64,000 nucleotides of DNA from the human T2T-CHM13v2.0 reference genome, Homo sapiens: NCBI RefSeq assembly GCF_009914755.1, contig NC_060926.1. One strand, 5' to 3'. Position 1 is the stretch's first letter. Each line of letters starts with the position of its first letter. This document shows, piece by piece, positions 1 to 12,522 of this stretch. The position numbers and the translations under genes are program-made. Under the pieces are notes generated by a model, which worked only from the letters and a program-made list of their open reading frames with translations, did not search any database and was not told where the DNA came from.

Positions 1-130
1 CAAAGATAAAATGGATAAATTGGACACTATCAAAATTTAACATTTCTATTTTTCAAAAAGTATTATAAGGAGAATGAAAAGACAAACCAAAGACTGGGAG
101 AAAATATTTGCAAATCCTGTATCTTATAAA
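1..130 (+). mobile_element. Old LINE-1 (L1M) ORF2 3' fragment
   Basis: 'gaatgaaaagacaaaccaaagactgggagaaaatatttgcaaatc' matches the L1 ORF2 KRQxxDWEKIFAN segment. Confidence 0.75.
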
Positions 131-174
131 GGACTGTAATTACCAGTTTTCTGAGGTTTTTTTTTTTTTTTTGC

Positions 175-660
175 TTTTAATTATGAATGTACATTAAATT
201 TTTAAAAAAATATTTTTTCTGCACATATTGAGATGACTACTTTGTTCTGTTAATGTCATGAATTAATTAGATTCATTCTTGAGTGTTGAACTAACCTTGC
301 ATTATTTTTATTGATGTCACCTCATCATTATATAATACCTTTTATAGCTTGCTTGATTCAATTTGCTAATGTTTTCTTGAGAATTTTTGGATCTTAGTTC
401 ATGAGGGACTTTGGTCTTTTCTGGTAACATCCCTGTCAGGTTTTGCTCTTTCTTCTTTGACCTGTGGGTTACTTGGAAATGGTTTTTTTTTTTTTTTTTT
501 TTTAACCAGATAATTGGGATTTTTCTATGTATTTTAATGTTACTGATTTCCAATCTGTTGTAAAGAGAATGTACTTTGTATGACTTCTTTCCTTTGGAAT
601 TTGTCAAAACCTTGTTTTATGGTCCCAGCGTAAAGTCTCTCTTAGGGTTGGCAAAGTATG
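175..660 (-). mobile_element. Ancient LINE-1 (L1M/L1ME) fragments
   Basis: 'ttgcttgattcaatttgctaatgttttcttgagaatttttggatct' resembles antisense L1 ORF2. Confidence 0.6.
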
Positions 661-678
661 CTCTGTAGACTGGCAGTT

Positions 679-680
<2 letters not shown>

Positions 681-710
<30 letters not shown>
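681..710. repeat. (TG)n microsatellite
   Basis: Perfect TG run of about 15 units. Confidence 0.95.
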
Positions 711-715
<5 letters not shown>

Positions 716-747
716 GAATGTACTATGCACATTTCAAGAGATGTATA

Positions 748-1050
748 CAGTTAGCCCTCCATATCTGCAGGTTATACATTTGTGAATTCAACCACTGTGG
801 ATTGAAAAAAATGTTTTAAATACAACAGTGTAAGTAAGCAAATAAAAATACAATATAACAACTGTTTATACAGCATTTACACTGTATTTGGTATTATAAG
901 TAATCTAGAGATGATTTAACATAAATGGGAGGATGTACATAGGTTATATACAAATACCACACCATTTTATATAAAGGACTAGAGTATCCATAGATTTGGT
1001 ATTTGCAGGGGTTCCTGGAAACAATCTCCTGCAGATACTTAAAGGAGACT
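748..1050. mobile_element. MER2 (TcMar-Tigger) non-autonomous DNA transposon
   Basis: Starts ta|cagttagccctccatatctgcagg; internal 'ggtattataagtaatctagagatgatttaa'; ends with a degenerate TIR 'cctgcagatact..ggagact'. Confidence 0.85.
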
Positions 1051-2240
1051 TAATTTTCTTTCATAGGTGTTGTATTTATAGCTATCAGTTACCATGAATT
1101 GGTTTATAGTGTTATTTAATCTTCTGTATCTTTATTGACTTATGGCCATTTTTAATGAATTACTGAAAGAAGAGTGTTAAAATATCCAACTAGGATTGTG
1201 GGTTTTTTATTTTTCCTTCAATTCTGTGAATTTTAGAATATTTTAAAAGAGTTAATTCATTTATGATTTTGAAATAATGTTTTTGTATTTTTGTATCACT
1301 CTTAAAATATAGCATATCAACATCTTTATTTGTTTTTCATGATATATTTTTTCCTATATTTTACTTTTAATTTGTGTATCTTTTATATGTTAAATATCTC
1401 TCTTGAAACTAGACAGCATGTAGTTAGTGATTTCTGTTTTATTCAGCCTGACAATCTTCAGCTCTTTGACTTTTAATTGGAGTTTTGGTTTATTAACAAC
1501 AAATATATTAATAATTATAATCTAGTTATTAATATGGTGGACTCTATCTACACTAACATGCTATTAGTTTTTTCTTTGTTTCCTCTGTTCTTTGTTCCTT
1601 ATGTCCATCCTTTTGTGTCTTCCATAGGGAAAATTGTGTAATTTTGATATTTTTTCAGCTATAATTATTTGCTTTTAATTAGCAGTACCTGTTTGATTTG
1701 TAGTTGTTTCATACATGACATATGCAATTTATTCACATTATACCTTGATTTTATATTATACTACTTCCCATATAAGGTTAACACCTTAAAACAATATAAT
1801 TTCACTTATATTTCTTCTGCCCTTTGTGTTATCACTGTCATATATTTTACTATGACATCTGTTACAAACATCCCAATCCCTTGTTATATTTTGCTTTAAA
1901 TAACTAATAGACATATACTTTTAAAGAAAAGAAGGAAAGTTTTATATGTACTCCATATTTTCCATTTGTAATGTTCATTTTCGCCTGTGGATCCAAATTT
2001 CCGTCTTATACTATTTCTTGTTGGACGTAAAGAAGTTTTCCTTGCAGTTTTTGTAGCGCATGTTAGTTTTTGTTTGCCAGTAAATATCATTTCTCTAATT
2101 TTAAAGGACTCACTGTGCATAGAATTCTAGGTTGACAGTTTTCTTCTTTTAGCATTCTAAAAATGTTTTATTGTCTTCTGGCCTCTATTGTTTCTGAGAA
2201 GTCAGCTTTCATTCTTATTCCTTGTATGTAGTATTTCCCT
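1051..2240 (-). mobile_element. Ancient LINE-1 (L1M) ORF1/ORF2-region remnants
   Basis: T-rich antisense L1 motifs, e.g. 'atagaattctaggttgacagttttc' and 'ttgtcttctggcctctattgtttctgagaagtcagct'. Confidence 0.65.
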
Positions 2241-3264
2241 TTCCCGCAAGCCCCCATAAACTCCCATTTCCACTCTCACATTCCAAGCAAAAGCTATCTT
2301 TCTTTGGCAGGCTTGCTCCTTGGACATTTTGTCCCCTAGTCTCAGCAACTGGCACAGATATGAAAGTATCTTCTGTTTCCTGTTCACTTAAGGAATACTT
2401 GTCTTACAGGAGTTTGTTGGATTCTTTTATGCTCACAGTTCTTCGATGGATTTAAGGCAAAGAATAACATTTTTGTGTATCATTAACTTCTTATTTCAGT
2501 GGTTGTGACAGAATTTTGTTTTTCTACATCCTAACTAAAAGTAGATCATTATACATATAAATTTTAAAGGCAATAAAATGACAGAGATTGATGTTTTTGT
2601 CTTTTAAAAAATTTATGCATATTTACTTATTTAATACGTGGGTGTGGGTGTAACAAACTCCTGTAAGACAAGTATGTGCGCTCTCTCTCTCTCTTTATAT
2701 ATATACATTTATTTGTAAATATATATGCACATTTATTTATTTACCTTTTCCAAGGAATAAACAACTTTGAGAGAGATTCGATGACAAGATTTGGTCATAA
2801 TTTAGAGTTTCATATTGACATGCATAAACTATTAATTTGATATGTACTTACTAAATGTCTACTAGGTCTTAAAATTATGCCAAGTGTTGTGGAGACATTG
2901 TATTTGGAGATATAGTTATGTTATCTCAGAAGAAACCACATCTTAACACACATCATTTGATCGTTAAAGAACAAAATGATTGCTAAAGCCATTTTTATTT
3001 TAGAAGTTCACAGAAAGAATACCAATTAATCTTGGCTGAAATGAACAGAGAAGAATTTTTATTCAAACTGTTGGGACTTATAGGAGAAACAGTGGAGAGT
3101 ATCAGATAAACAGCCATTTTGAAGAGCATAAGCAAATGCTGGTGAATATATGACTTATTTAAAGGAAAGAACAAGGATCATAACAACCTATTAAAAATGA
3201 GAGCAGTTTTAATCACTTGTTCATATTTATTTGAATATTAATAAAGTGAAGGGCATATAATTTT

Positions 3265-3510
3265 ACATGTGAGGGTCAATTAACTTAAACAAATACACTC
3301 ATCCATGCCACCACCATACAAATTAAGATATAAAAGACTAGTAGAATCCTAGAAGCCTTCCTCACATCCCCTCCCAGCTATTCTCTCTCCTGAAGGTAAC
3401 CATTATTGTGACTTTCAATTTCAAAGAATAAAGCTTCCTGTTTTTGAATTTTTCACAAATGGAGTCATATATATGACACTCTGCTATGTCTGGCTCCTTT
3501 CAGTCAATGT
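3265..3510 (-). mobile_element. L1ME/L1MD-type 3' UTR fragment
   Basis: 'gaaggtaaccattattgtgacttt...aaatggagtcatat...tgtctggctcctttcagtcaa' is typical of an old L1 3' end. Confidence 0.65.
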
Positions 3511-5464
3511 CAAAATAATTGTTCTCTATTACAAGGAATTCCTTAGAAGAATAGAAATAAAAGAAGGACAAATATAATAATTATAGCCACTAGGCTGAGC
3601 CTGATACAAAGGTCAGTATGACATGGACAATATTCCTCAAATCTGAGATGTAAGGTGCATTTTGAGTTCTTTGTGTGAAGTCAGGTAATTTAATAATGTT
3701 CAATAAATTACTTGATTATTGATCTCAATGGTTTTTGATGTAAGAGATACAAACTCATAAGACAGAAGTAACATAATTATTTCATGTGCTTCTAATGATA
3801 CAAAGTCTTTGAGGGGTGACAAGTTTGCAGAAGTTGATAGGGTAAAGTGTGCATTAAATGAGAAAAATAGTAAATAAAGGGTTAGAGGAAACTGAAATAA
3901 TAAAAAAAGTTACAGAAAAGCTATTTTTTTTACTTTTAAAGACATTATTACATTACTATACAATACTTAATTTTATATAAAATTTAGCAATGTAAAATAG
4001 TCAATTTGAAATTTAAATAAGTATCTTTGAAGAAAACTGAGCTTCATGTCTGTCTTCTTTAGATCTTTCAAAGAAAAAAGAAAGGTTGAAAGTATACATG
4101 TTTTACTCTTTGCTCATTAATTTTTAAAGTCTCATCTTTGAAATGTCTGCCGTACAATGATGTTTCACCTGATTGGTTATGGCATACACATTACTGTCAT
4201 GTCACAAAACATGCTGCTTTAGAGAGTTGATTAATTTTGAATACTTGGTTAGAGATGATAAAACATTGGTAGGTTGATTTTAGAATAAAGAATCTATGTG
4301 GAATTAATAATGCAATCTACAAGTTCAGGCAAAAATTGCCTATGTGCAGCATTTATGTTAATCATAGAATCACTGAGGTGATTTGCTCAAAAGGCATATT
4401 GATAAGGTAGCTAAATTTTTTCAGACATCAGGGACATAATAATTAATGTTTCATTTATTTTCAACATGCTGAAAAATGCACTTGTAAGCCAATATTTGGA
4501 CATTATAGAAAACTTATTACTTTAGATATAGGTGTTTCATAATTTTAGTTTAAACAATAATCTCTTTTTCAACAAAGATGATAAAAAATGTAATAATGAT
4601 TTATAACTTTCAATATCTTTACAAGTACACAGTTTGCCTGCATAATAATGATATCACCTCATGACCTTTACTCCATTTGTGTCTTAAAATAGGGCTTTCT
4701 TTTGGATGCCTGTTAAATATATGTTATGATAGAACACCAAATTTATTAGCAGAAACTAGAAAGTTGCTTTAGATCCAATATTAAAACTCTATATTGTCTG
4801 AAAAAGAAAAGTGAGAAAGGAAAAGGGAATGGAGGTAAGAGTAAACAGAAGCATTAAATTTAAAGTGAACAGGAGATGAAGGGGGGAAAAAGTATGATTT
4901 GTTGCGTTAGTCTTTTCTACTCCAAAGTTTTCTTTCCTTTCTCTCTTTTTTCTCCATTCATGACTACTCTCTATATTAATCTTCATTTTACAGACTTCAG
5001 AGGCTAGGATTCTGAGCTGCATCTCTCCAGTCAGTGGAGAGATGTAGAAATCCTTTGGCTCCAGCTTTAAGGTTTAAACACACTTCTATTGGGTCAAACT
5101 CCCATAAACTTCGGACAGAAAAGATTAGCTCTGCTCACTGGGACATTTGCCTTCGCTGACAATATGCAAATAGAAAATTCACTTTTTTTTTTTTTTTACT
5201 TTGCAATTTAACAAAAGGTAATAGGTCTTTACTGAGAATAATATACTAAGTTAGCCTATGAAGCCATAACCCAATAAGGGCTATTACCAAACATCAGTGA
5301 GATAGGCTTCATGAAATAGTGCAAATATATGCCAAAACCTGTGTCACATGTTCTTAAAAACGACGATTTGATAGAAGACAGCTAGTTTGGACAGTATGTC
5401 CAATCCAAAAGCTCTACCAATCTGAAACATGGTTTCCATATGCCCACAATATCATCTTCTATTT

Positions 5465-6060
5465 GTTGTCAATGCTTTCCAGCCAAAGAATATAAGAAAT
5501 ACATATGTAGGTGAGCAAGTTGGATTTATTAATCATTTCAGTGAGAAAATATGCATATGGGGGACACCTATGAGGTGTCTCAGTAAGAGGGTATTAGAAA
5601 GGACTTAGAGAACTTAGGCTTTCGTTGGGTGATTTGGGGCACAGTCCTGTGAAGCAGGGGTTCACTTTGAATTAAGAGCTTTCAGAAAGCAGAACCAATT
5701 TTATGGCGGTACACCTCAGTAAATCTTATCCATAGAGTGGGGACACTAAAGCAAAACTAAAACTGTAATTGATAAGTAGTTAGCAGTCACTCAATTAGCC
5801 TGAGATGAGGATGTTAGAAACTTTTTGAGATTTGGACAATGTTTTGTATGTGTTCAGACATGATTATGGAGTGGTTTTGTTTTTGTCTTGATACACCATG
5901 GTCACAGAATGGCCTTGTCTGTGGACAATCTTTTTTGAAGTTGTTCATCTTCAGCAGAACGCCAATACCTTATGGTGATGCTGTTAGAGCCTGGATACCA
6001 GGTCTGGTTTTTGTTACACAGTGGTCCAGGATGTAGGGTACAATTACTTCTCCTCCCTAA
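5465..6060. mobile_element. Probable old ERV LTR, family unresolved
   Basis: 'ggatttatta...gaggtgtctcagtaagagggtattagaaaggactta' resembles an antisense LTR; local rise in GC. Confidence 0.45.
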
Positions 6061-6319
6061 CAATGACGAAGACATGTTTTATTTCTTATCTCTTCTTTAT
6101 CATAACGTAAAATTCAGCTGCATGATAGCCACGAAATAAATAATAGGTGAATGAGACTGAATAAATGAATAAGTATTGAAATAGGCACATAAACCAGAGG
6201 TTAGGCTAAAAAATGAGCTGAGCAGGCAAAATGATCACTTAACCAGATATCCATTGGCACTGACTTGAGCAAATTTTATTGAAACACAGGATGATTATAA
6301 TAACAATAATAATGATAAA

Positions 6320-6500
6320 TATTTGTTAATAATCTATGATAGTCACTCTGCTGCATAATCTATTCAATTCTCAAATGAGTCTTTAAGAATCATTTTAACT
6401 TTAAAACTACAGTCTGGAGAGGATCAGTTATTATCTCAAGGTCATTCAGATGGTAAGGGTGGAGTTGGTACTCAAACCTCAAATCTCAGGCGTCCCACTC
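6320..6500 (-). mobile_element. MIR fragment
   Basis: 'ctcaaggtcattcagatggtaagggtggagttggtactcaaacc' matches the MIR core. Confidence 0.6.
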
Positions 6501-6878
6501 TCAAACTGCCACTTCCTCTTTATCCTTGAAACTATTATATTTTTATCCTATTCCTTGCAACCAAAGCTGAGTATACTGCAAATAGCCACCCAATTGCCAT
6601 ATTCAATAGCCTCTTTTCAAAGATAGTATTACTTAACTCCTCTATAGGTTTCAAACAGTACTGGATTCTTTTTTATATATTAATACATGGTTTATTGATC
6701 ATTATTTTTAAGAGGTAATATTTTGTTTGACAAAAATTATTGTCATTTCCCACTTTGTGTTATTTATAGTTCTAATGATTGAATTTTTAGATCAGATTTT
6801 AAAAGATCAATTACAAGAAGCTTGAGGTAGTTTGGGGCATTTCACATTTTAAAAATCTCTAAAGGTTTAAAGGAAGTA

Positions 6879-7172
6879 CAGTTTTGCACCACATAATGAC
6901 ATTTTGCCCAATGACAGACCGCATATACGATGATGGTCCCATAAGATTATAATGGAGCTGAAAAATTGCTATTGCCTAATGATGTTGCAGTTGTCCTAAT
7001 GTCATAGTGCAACACATTCTTCACTTGTTTGTTATGAGGCTGGTTTGAACAAACCTACTGTGCTGTCTGTCATATAAAGGTACAGCACATACAATTATGT
7101 ACATAAAACTTAATAATGGTAATAAATGACTGTTACTGGTTTATGTATTTTCTATACTATATTTTAATAGTT
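6879..7172 (+). mobile_element. Tigger3 (Golem) family DNA transposon, left part only
   Basis: ta|cag...'gaccgcatatacgatgatggtcccataagattataatggagctgaaaaatt' is the Tigger3 left end. Confidence 0.85.
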
Positions 7173-7320
7173 ACTTCATTTTTTTAAAATTTCAATAGAT
7201 TTTGGGGGAACAGGTGGTATTTGTTTACATGAATAACATTTTTAGGGGTGATTTCAGAGTTTTGGTGCACCCATCATCCAACCAGTGTACACCAGTGTAC
7301 ACTATAACCTGTGTGTAGTC

Positions 7321-7626
7321 TTTTTTTTTGTTTTTTTTTTTTTGAGATGGGGTCTTGCTCTGTCACCCAGGCTGGAGTGCAGTGGCATGATCTTGGCTCA
7401 CTACAACCTCTGCCACCCGGGTTCAAGTGATTCTCCCTCCTCAGCATCCTGAGGAGATGGGATTACAGGCACATGCCACCATGCCTGGCAAATTTTTGTA
7501 TTTTTAGTACACATGGGGTTTCATCATGTTTGTTAGGCTAGTCTTGAACTCTTGAACTCAAGTGATCCGCCTGCCTCGGCCTCCAAAAGTGCTGGAGTTA
7601 CAGGCATGAGCCACCACACCCGGACC
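7321..7626 (-). mobile_element. AluS inserted in the L1 3' UTR
   Basis: Dimeric Alu with poly-T; TSD ctgtgtgtagtctttt at 7309-7324 and 7628-7643. Confidence 0.96.
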
Positions 7627-7877
7627 ACTGTGTGTAGTCTTTTATCTGTCAACCCCCTAAACCCTTTCCCCAGAGTTCCCAAAGTCCCTTGTATAATTCT
7701 TATGCCTTTGCATCCTCATAACTTGGCTCCCATTTATGAGTGAGAAAATAAGAGGTTTGGTTTTCCATTCCTGAGCTACTTCACTTAGAATAATGGTCTC
7801 TAATTCTATCCAGGTTGCTGCAAATGCAATTATTTTGTTCCTTTTTATGGCTGAGTAGTATGCCATAGTATACATAA

Positions 7878-8328
7878 ATACACACACACACACACACACA
7901 CACATATATTACATAGTATATATATACACATACATACACATATACATATGTGTATGTATATATATACACACACATATATATCACATAGTATATATATACA
8001 CATACATACACATATACATATATGTGTATATATATACACATACATACACATATACATATATGTGTATATATATATACACATACATACACATATACATATA
8101 TGTGTATGTATATATATATATACTATGTGATACGTGTGTGTGTGTGTATTTATGTATACTATGGCATACTACTCAGCCATAAAAAGGAACAAAATAATTG
8201 CATATATATCACATAGTATATATATATACATACACATATATACACATATACATATATGTGTATGTGTATATATATATACTATGTGATATATACACATATG
8301 TATATGTGTGTATATATATGTATATATC
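7878..8328. repeat. Complex (CA)/(TA)/(TATATG) expansion containing inverted segments
   Basis: Repeated 'tatatatacacatacatacacatatacatatatgtg' units and 'cacatagtata'/'tatactatgtg' in both orientations. Confidence 0.9.
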
Positions 8329-11300
8329 ACATTTCTTTATCCACTCATTAATTGATGGGCATTTGGGCTGTTTCCATATTTTTGCAATGGCAAATTGTCC
8401 TGCTAGAAACATGTGTGTGCAAGTATATTTTCATATAATGACTTCTTTTCCTCTGGGTAGATACCCAGGACTGGGATTGCTGGATCAAATAGTAGATCTG
8501 CTTTTAGTTCTTTAAGGAATCTCCACACTGTTTTCCATAGTGTTCGTACTAATTTACATTCCCACCCACAGTGTAAAATATTCCCTTTTCACCACATCCT
8601 TGCCAACATCCATTATTTTTTGATTATGGCCATTCTTGCAGGAGTAGAGGTGGTATCGCATTAAGATTTTGTTTTGCATTTCCTGATTATTAATGATGTT
8701 GAGCATCTTTTCATATGTTTGTTGGTCATTTGTATATCTTCCTTACAAAATAGTCTATTCATGTCTTTAGCCCACTTTTTGATGAGATTGTAAGTTTTGT
8801 TCTTGCTGATGGTTTGACTTCCTTATAAATTCCAGATATTAGCCCTTCGTCAGATGTATGGATTGTGAAGATTTTCTCCCGCTCTGTGGGTTGTCTGTTT
8901 GCTCTGCTTATTATTTCTTTTGATGTGCATAAGCTTTTTAGCTTAATTGAGTCCCATTTATTAAATTTTGTTTTTGTTGCATTTGCTTTTGGGTTCTTGG
9001 TCATGAAGGCTTTGCCTAACCCATTGTCTACAGAGGTTTTTCCAATGTTGTGTTCTAGAATGTTTATTGTTTTAGGTCTGAGATTTAAGTTTTTGATCCA
9101 TCTTGAGTTGATTTTTGTATAAGGTGAGAAGTGAGGATCCAGTTTCCTTCTTCTATATGTGGCTTGCCAATTAGCCCAGCACCCTTTGTTGAATAGGGTG
9201 TTCCTTTCCCCACTTTATGGTTTTGTTTGCTTTGTCAAAGATCAGTTGACTGTGAGGATTTGACTTTATTTCTGGTTTCTCTATTCTGTCCATTGGTCTA
9301 TATGCCTGTTTTAATACGAATACCATGTTGTTTTGATGACTATGGCCTTATAGTATATTTCATAGTTTGTAGCAGGTAATGTAATGCCAGATTTGTCCTT
9401 TTTGCTTAGTCTTGCTTTGGCTATGCAGGCTTATTTTTGGTTCCATATGAATTTTAGTTTTTTTTTATAGTTTTGTGAAGAATGATGGTGGTTTTCTGAT
9501 AGAAATTACGTTTAATTTATAGATTTCTTTTGGCAGTATGGTCATTTTCACAATATTGATTTTATCCATCTGTAAGCATGGGATGTATTTCCATTTGTTT
9601 ATATCCTCTATGATTTCTTTCAGCAGTGTTTTGTAGTTTTCCTTGTAGCCGTCTTTCATCTCAGTTAAGTATATTCCTAAGTATTTTATTTAATTTTTGT
9701 AGCTATTGTAAAAAGGATTGAGTTCTTGATTTGATTCTCAGCTTGGTCCTATTAATGTATAGCAGAGCTACTAGTTTGTGTACATGAATTTTTTATCCTG
9801 ATACTTTGCTGAATTTATTTACCAAGTCTAAGAGCTTTTTGGATGAGTCTTTAGGGTTTTCTAGGTACAAGATAATGTCATGAGTAAACAGCCACAGTTT
9901 GACTTCCTCTTCACTGATACGGATGCCCTTTATTTCTTTCTCTTGTCTGATTGCTCTGGCTAGGACTTCCAGTACAATGCTGAATAGAAATGGTGAGAGT
10001 GGGCATCCTTCCTTGTTTCAGTTATCAGGGGGAATGCTTTCATCTTTCCCCCGTTCAGTCTAAAGTTGCCTGTGGGTTTGTCATAGATGGCTTTTATTGC
10101 CTTAAACTATGTCCCTTCTATGCAAATTTTACTAAGAGTTTCAATCATAAAGTGATACTGGATTTTGTCAAATGCTTTTTTATTTGCATCTATTGATATG
10201 ATCATGTGATTTCTGTTTTTAATTCTGTTTATGTGGTGCATCACTTGTACTGACATGTGGATGTTAAACCATCCCTTCACCCCAGGTATGAAACCCACTT
10301 GAACATGGTGGATTATCTTTTTGATATGCTGTTGGATTTGGTTTGCTAGCATTTGTTGAGAATTTTTGCATCTATGTTCATCAGGGATATTGGCCTGTAG
10401 TTTTCTTATTTTTTTGTTTTGTCATTTCCTAGTTCTGGTATTAGGGTGATACTGGCTTCATAGAATGATTTAGGGAGGATTCCCTCTTTATCTTTTGGTA
10501 TAGTGTCTATAGGATTGTTATCAATTCATCTTTGAATGTCTGATAGAATTCAGCTGTGAATCCATCCGGTCCTGGACTTCTTTTTTTTTTTTTTGGTAAC
10601 TTTTTAATTACCATTTCAATCGTGTTGCTTGTTATTGGTCGGTTCAGAGTTTCTATTTCTTCCTGGTTTAATCTAGGAGGGTTGTATATTTCCAGGAATT
10701 TATCCATCTCCTCTAGATTTTCTAGTTTATGCACATGAAGCTGTGCATAGTAGCCTTTAATGATCTTTTGTATTTCTTTGGTATTGGTTGTGATATCTCC
10801 TGTTTTATTTCTAATTGAGCTTATTTGTATCTTCTCTCTTCTTTTCTTGGTTAATCTTGCTAATTGTCTATCAATTGTATTTATCTTTTCAAAGAGCCAG
10901 ATTTTTGTTTTATCTTTTGTATTTTTTTGTTTCAATTTTATTTAATTGTGCTCTGATATTGCTTATTTCTTTTTTTCTGCTGGGTTGGGGTTTGGTTTGT
11001 TCTTTTTTCTCTAGCTCCTTGAGGTATGACCTTATATTGTTTGTTTGTACTCTTTCAGACTTTTCGATGTAGTCATTTAATGCTATGAGCTTTCTTCTTA
11101 GCAGTGCCTTTGCTGTATCCCAGAGGTTTGGATAGGTTGTGTGACTATTATCATTCTGTTCAAATAATTTTGTAATTTACATCTTGAATTCATTGTTGGC
11201 CCAATGATCATTCAGGGACAAGTTATTTAATTTCCATGTAATTGCATCATTTTAAGGGTTCCTTTTCAAGTTGATTTCCAATTTTATTCCACTGTGGCCT

Positions 11301-12081
11301 GAGAGAGGACTTGCTATAATTTGGTTTTCTTAAATTTATTGAGACTTGTTTTGTGGCCTATGATATTGTTCATCTTGGAGAATGTTTCATGTGCTGATGA
11401 ATAGAATGTATATTCTGCAGTTGTTGGGTAGAATGTTCTGTAAATATCTGTTAAGTCCATTTATTCTAGGGTATTGTTTAAGCCAATTGTTTCTTTGTGG
11501 ATTTTCTTTCTTGATGACCTGTCTAGTGCTGTCAGTGGAATATTGAAGTCCCTGCTATTAATATGTTGCTATTTATCTCATGTCTCATGTCTAGTAGTAT
11601 CTGTTTTATAAATATGGGAGGTCGAGTGTTAGATGCATATATATTTAGAATTGTGATATTTTCCTATTTGACTAGTCCTTTTATCATTATATAATGTCCC
11701 TCTGTCTTTTTTAACACTGCTGTTGCTTTAAAGTTTGTTTTGTCTAATATAAGAATAGCTAATCCTGCTCATTTTTGGTGTCTATTTGCATGGAATATCG
11801 TTTTCCACCCCTTTACCTTAAGTTTATGTGAGTCCTTATGTATCAGGTGAGTCTCTTGAAGATGGTAGATAAATGGTTGGTGAATTCTTATCCAGTCTGC
11901 CATTCCATATCTTTTAAGTGAAGTATTTAGGCCATTTACATTCAATGTTAGTATTAAGATGTGAGGTACTATTCTATTCATCTTGCTATTTGTTGTCTGA
12001 ATACCTTTTTTTTCATTGTTTTGTTGTTTTATAGGTCCTGTGAGACTTGTGCTTTAAGGAGATTCTATTTTTGTATACTTT

Positions 12082-12522
12082 TGATAGAGACAGTAGACAG
12101 CCAAGTGCCACCCAGGCCATTGTGAACAGGGGGTTGGCCTAAACATGGCCACAGTGAAAAATTCCACCCCTTAACACACGCACAGGAAGGAAAATAAATC
12201 AATGTGGAGTGGCTCAGATTAAGGGCCTGCCTGGGCATGGGGAGAATGGGGTGGAGCCACCGGGAATTTGTGTTTTATGCAGGGGAGGGGATCCTGGCCT
12301 CTTCAGCTCCTGTGTGGTGGCCTGGTATTCAGTACGTGAGGTGGGAGACTGTTGGCAGGAGCCCCACCACCCACCCCCTCGGCTTTTTTTTTTCTCTGAG
12401 AGCTTTCTTTTAATGAATTCCATTCTCCTCACCTTTCAATGTGTCAATATGCCTAATTTTTCCTGGTCTTGAGACTAGAACATGGATTTTAGCTGAACTA
12501 AAGAGCAAAAAATCCTGCAATA
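12082..12522 (+). mobile_element. ERV1-class solo LTR (MER61/LTR27-like) inserted in L1
   Basis: Begins tgatagagacag and ends 'tttagctgaactaaagagcaaaaaatcctgcaata'; L1 sequence is continuous on both sides; approximate 4-bp TSD cttt/tttt. Confidence 0.8.

Noticed and set aside
5157-5171. Octamer ATGCAAAT preceded by ACAAT (possible Oct-Sox element)
   Set aside because: The Sox half-site is inverted relative to the canonical composite, and single octamers are expected by chance in AT-rich DNA.
7657-8515. Overlapping Tyr/Ile/Cys/Val-rich ORFs
   Set aside because: Translation artefacts of the TA/CA microsatellite and L1 3' sequence.
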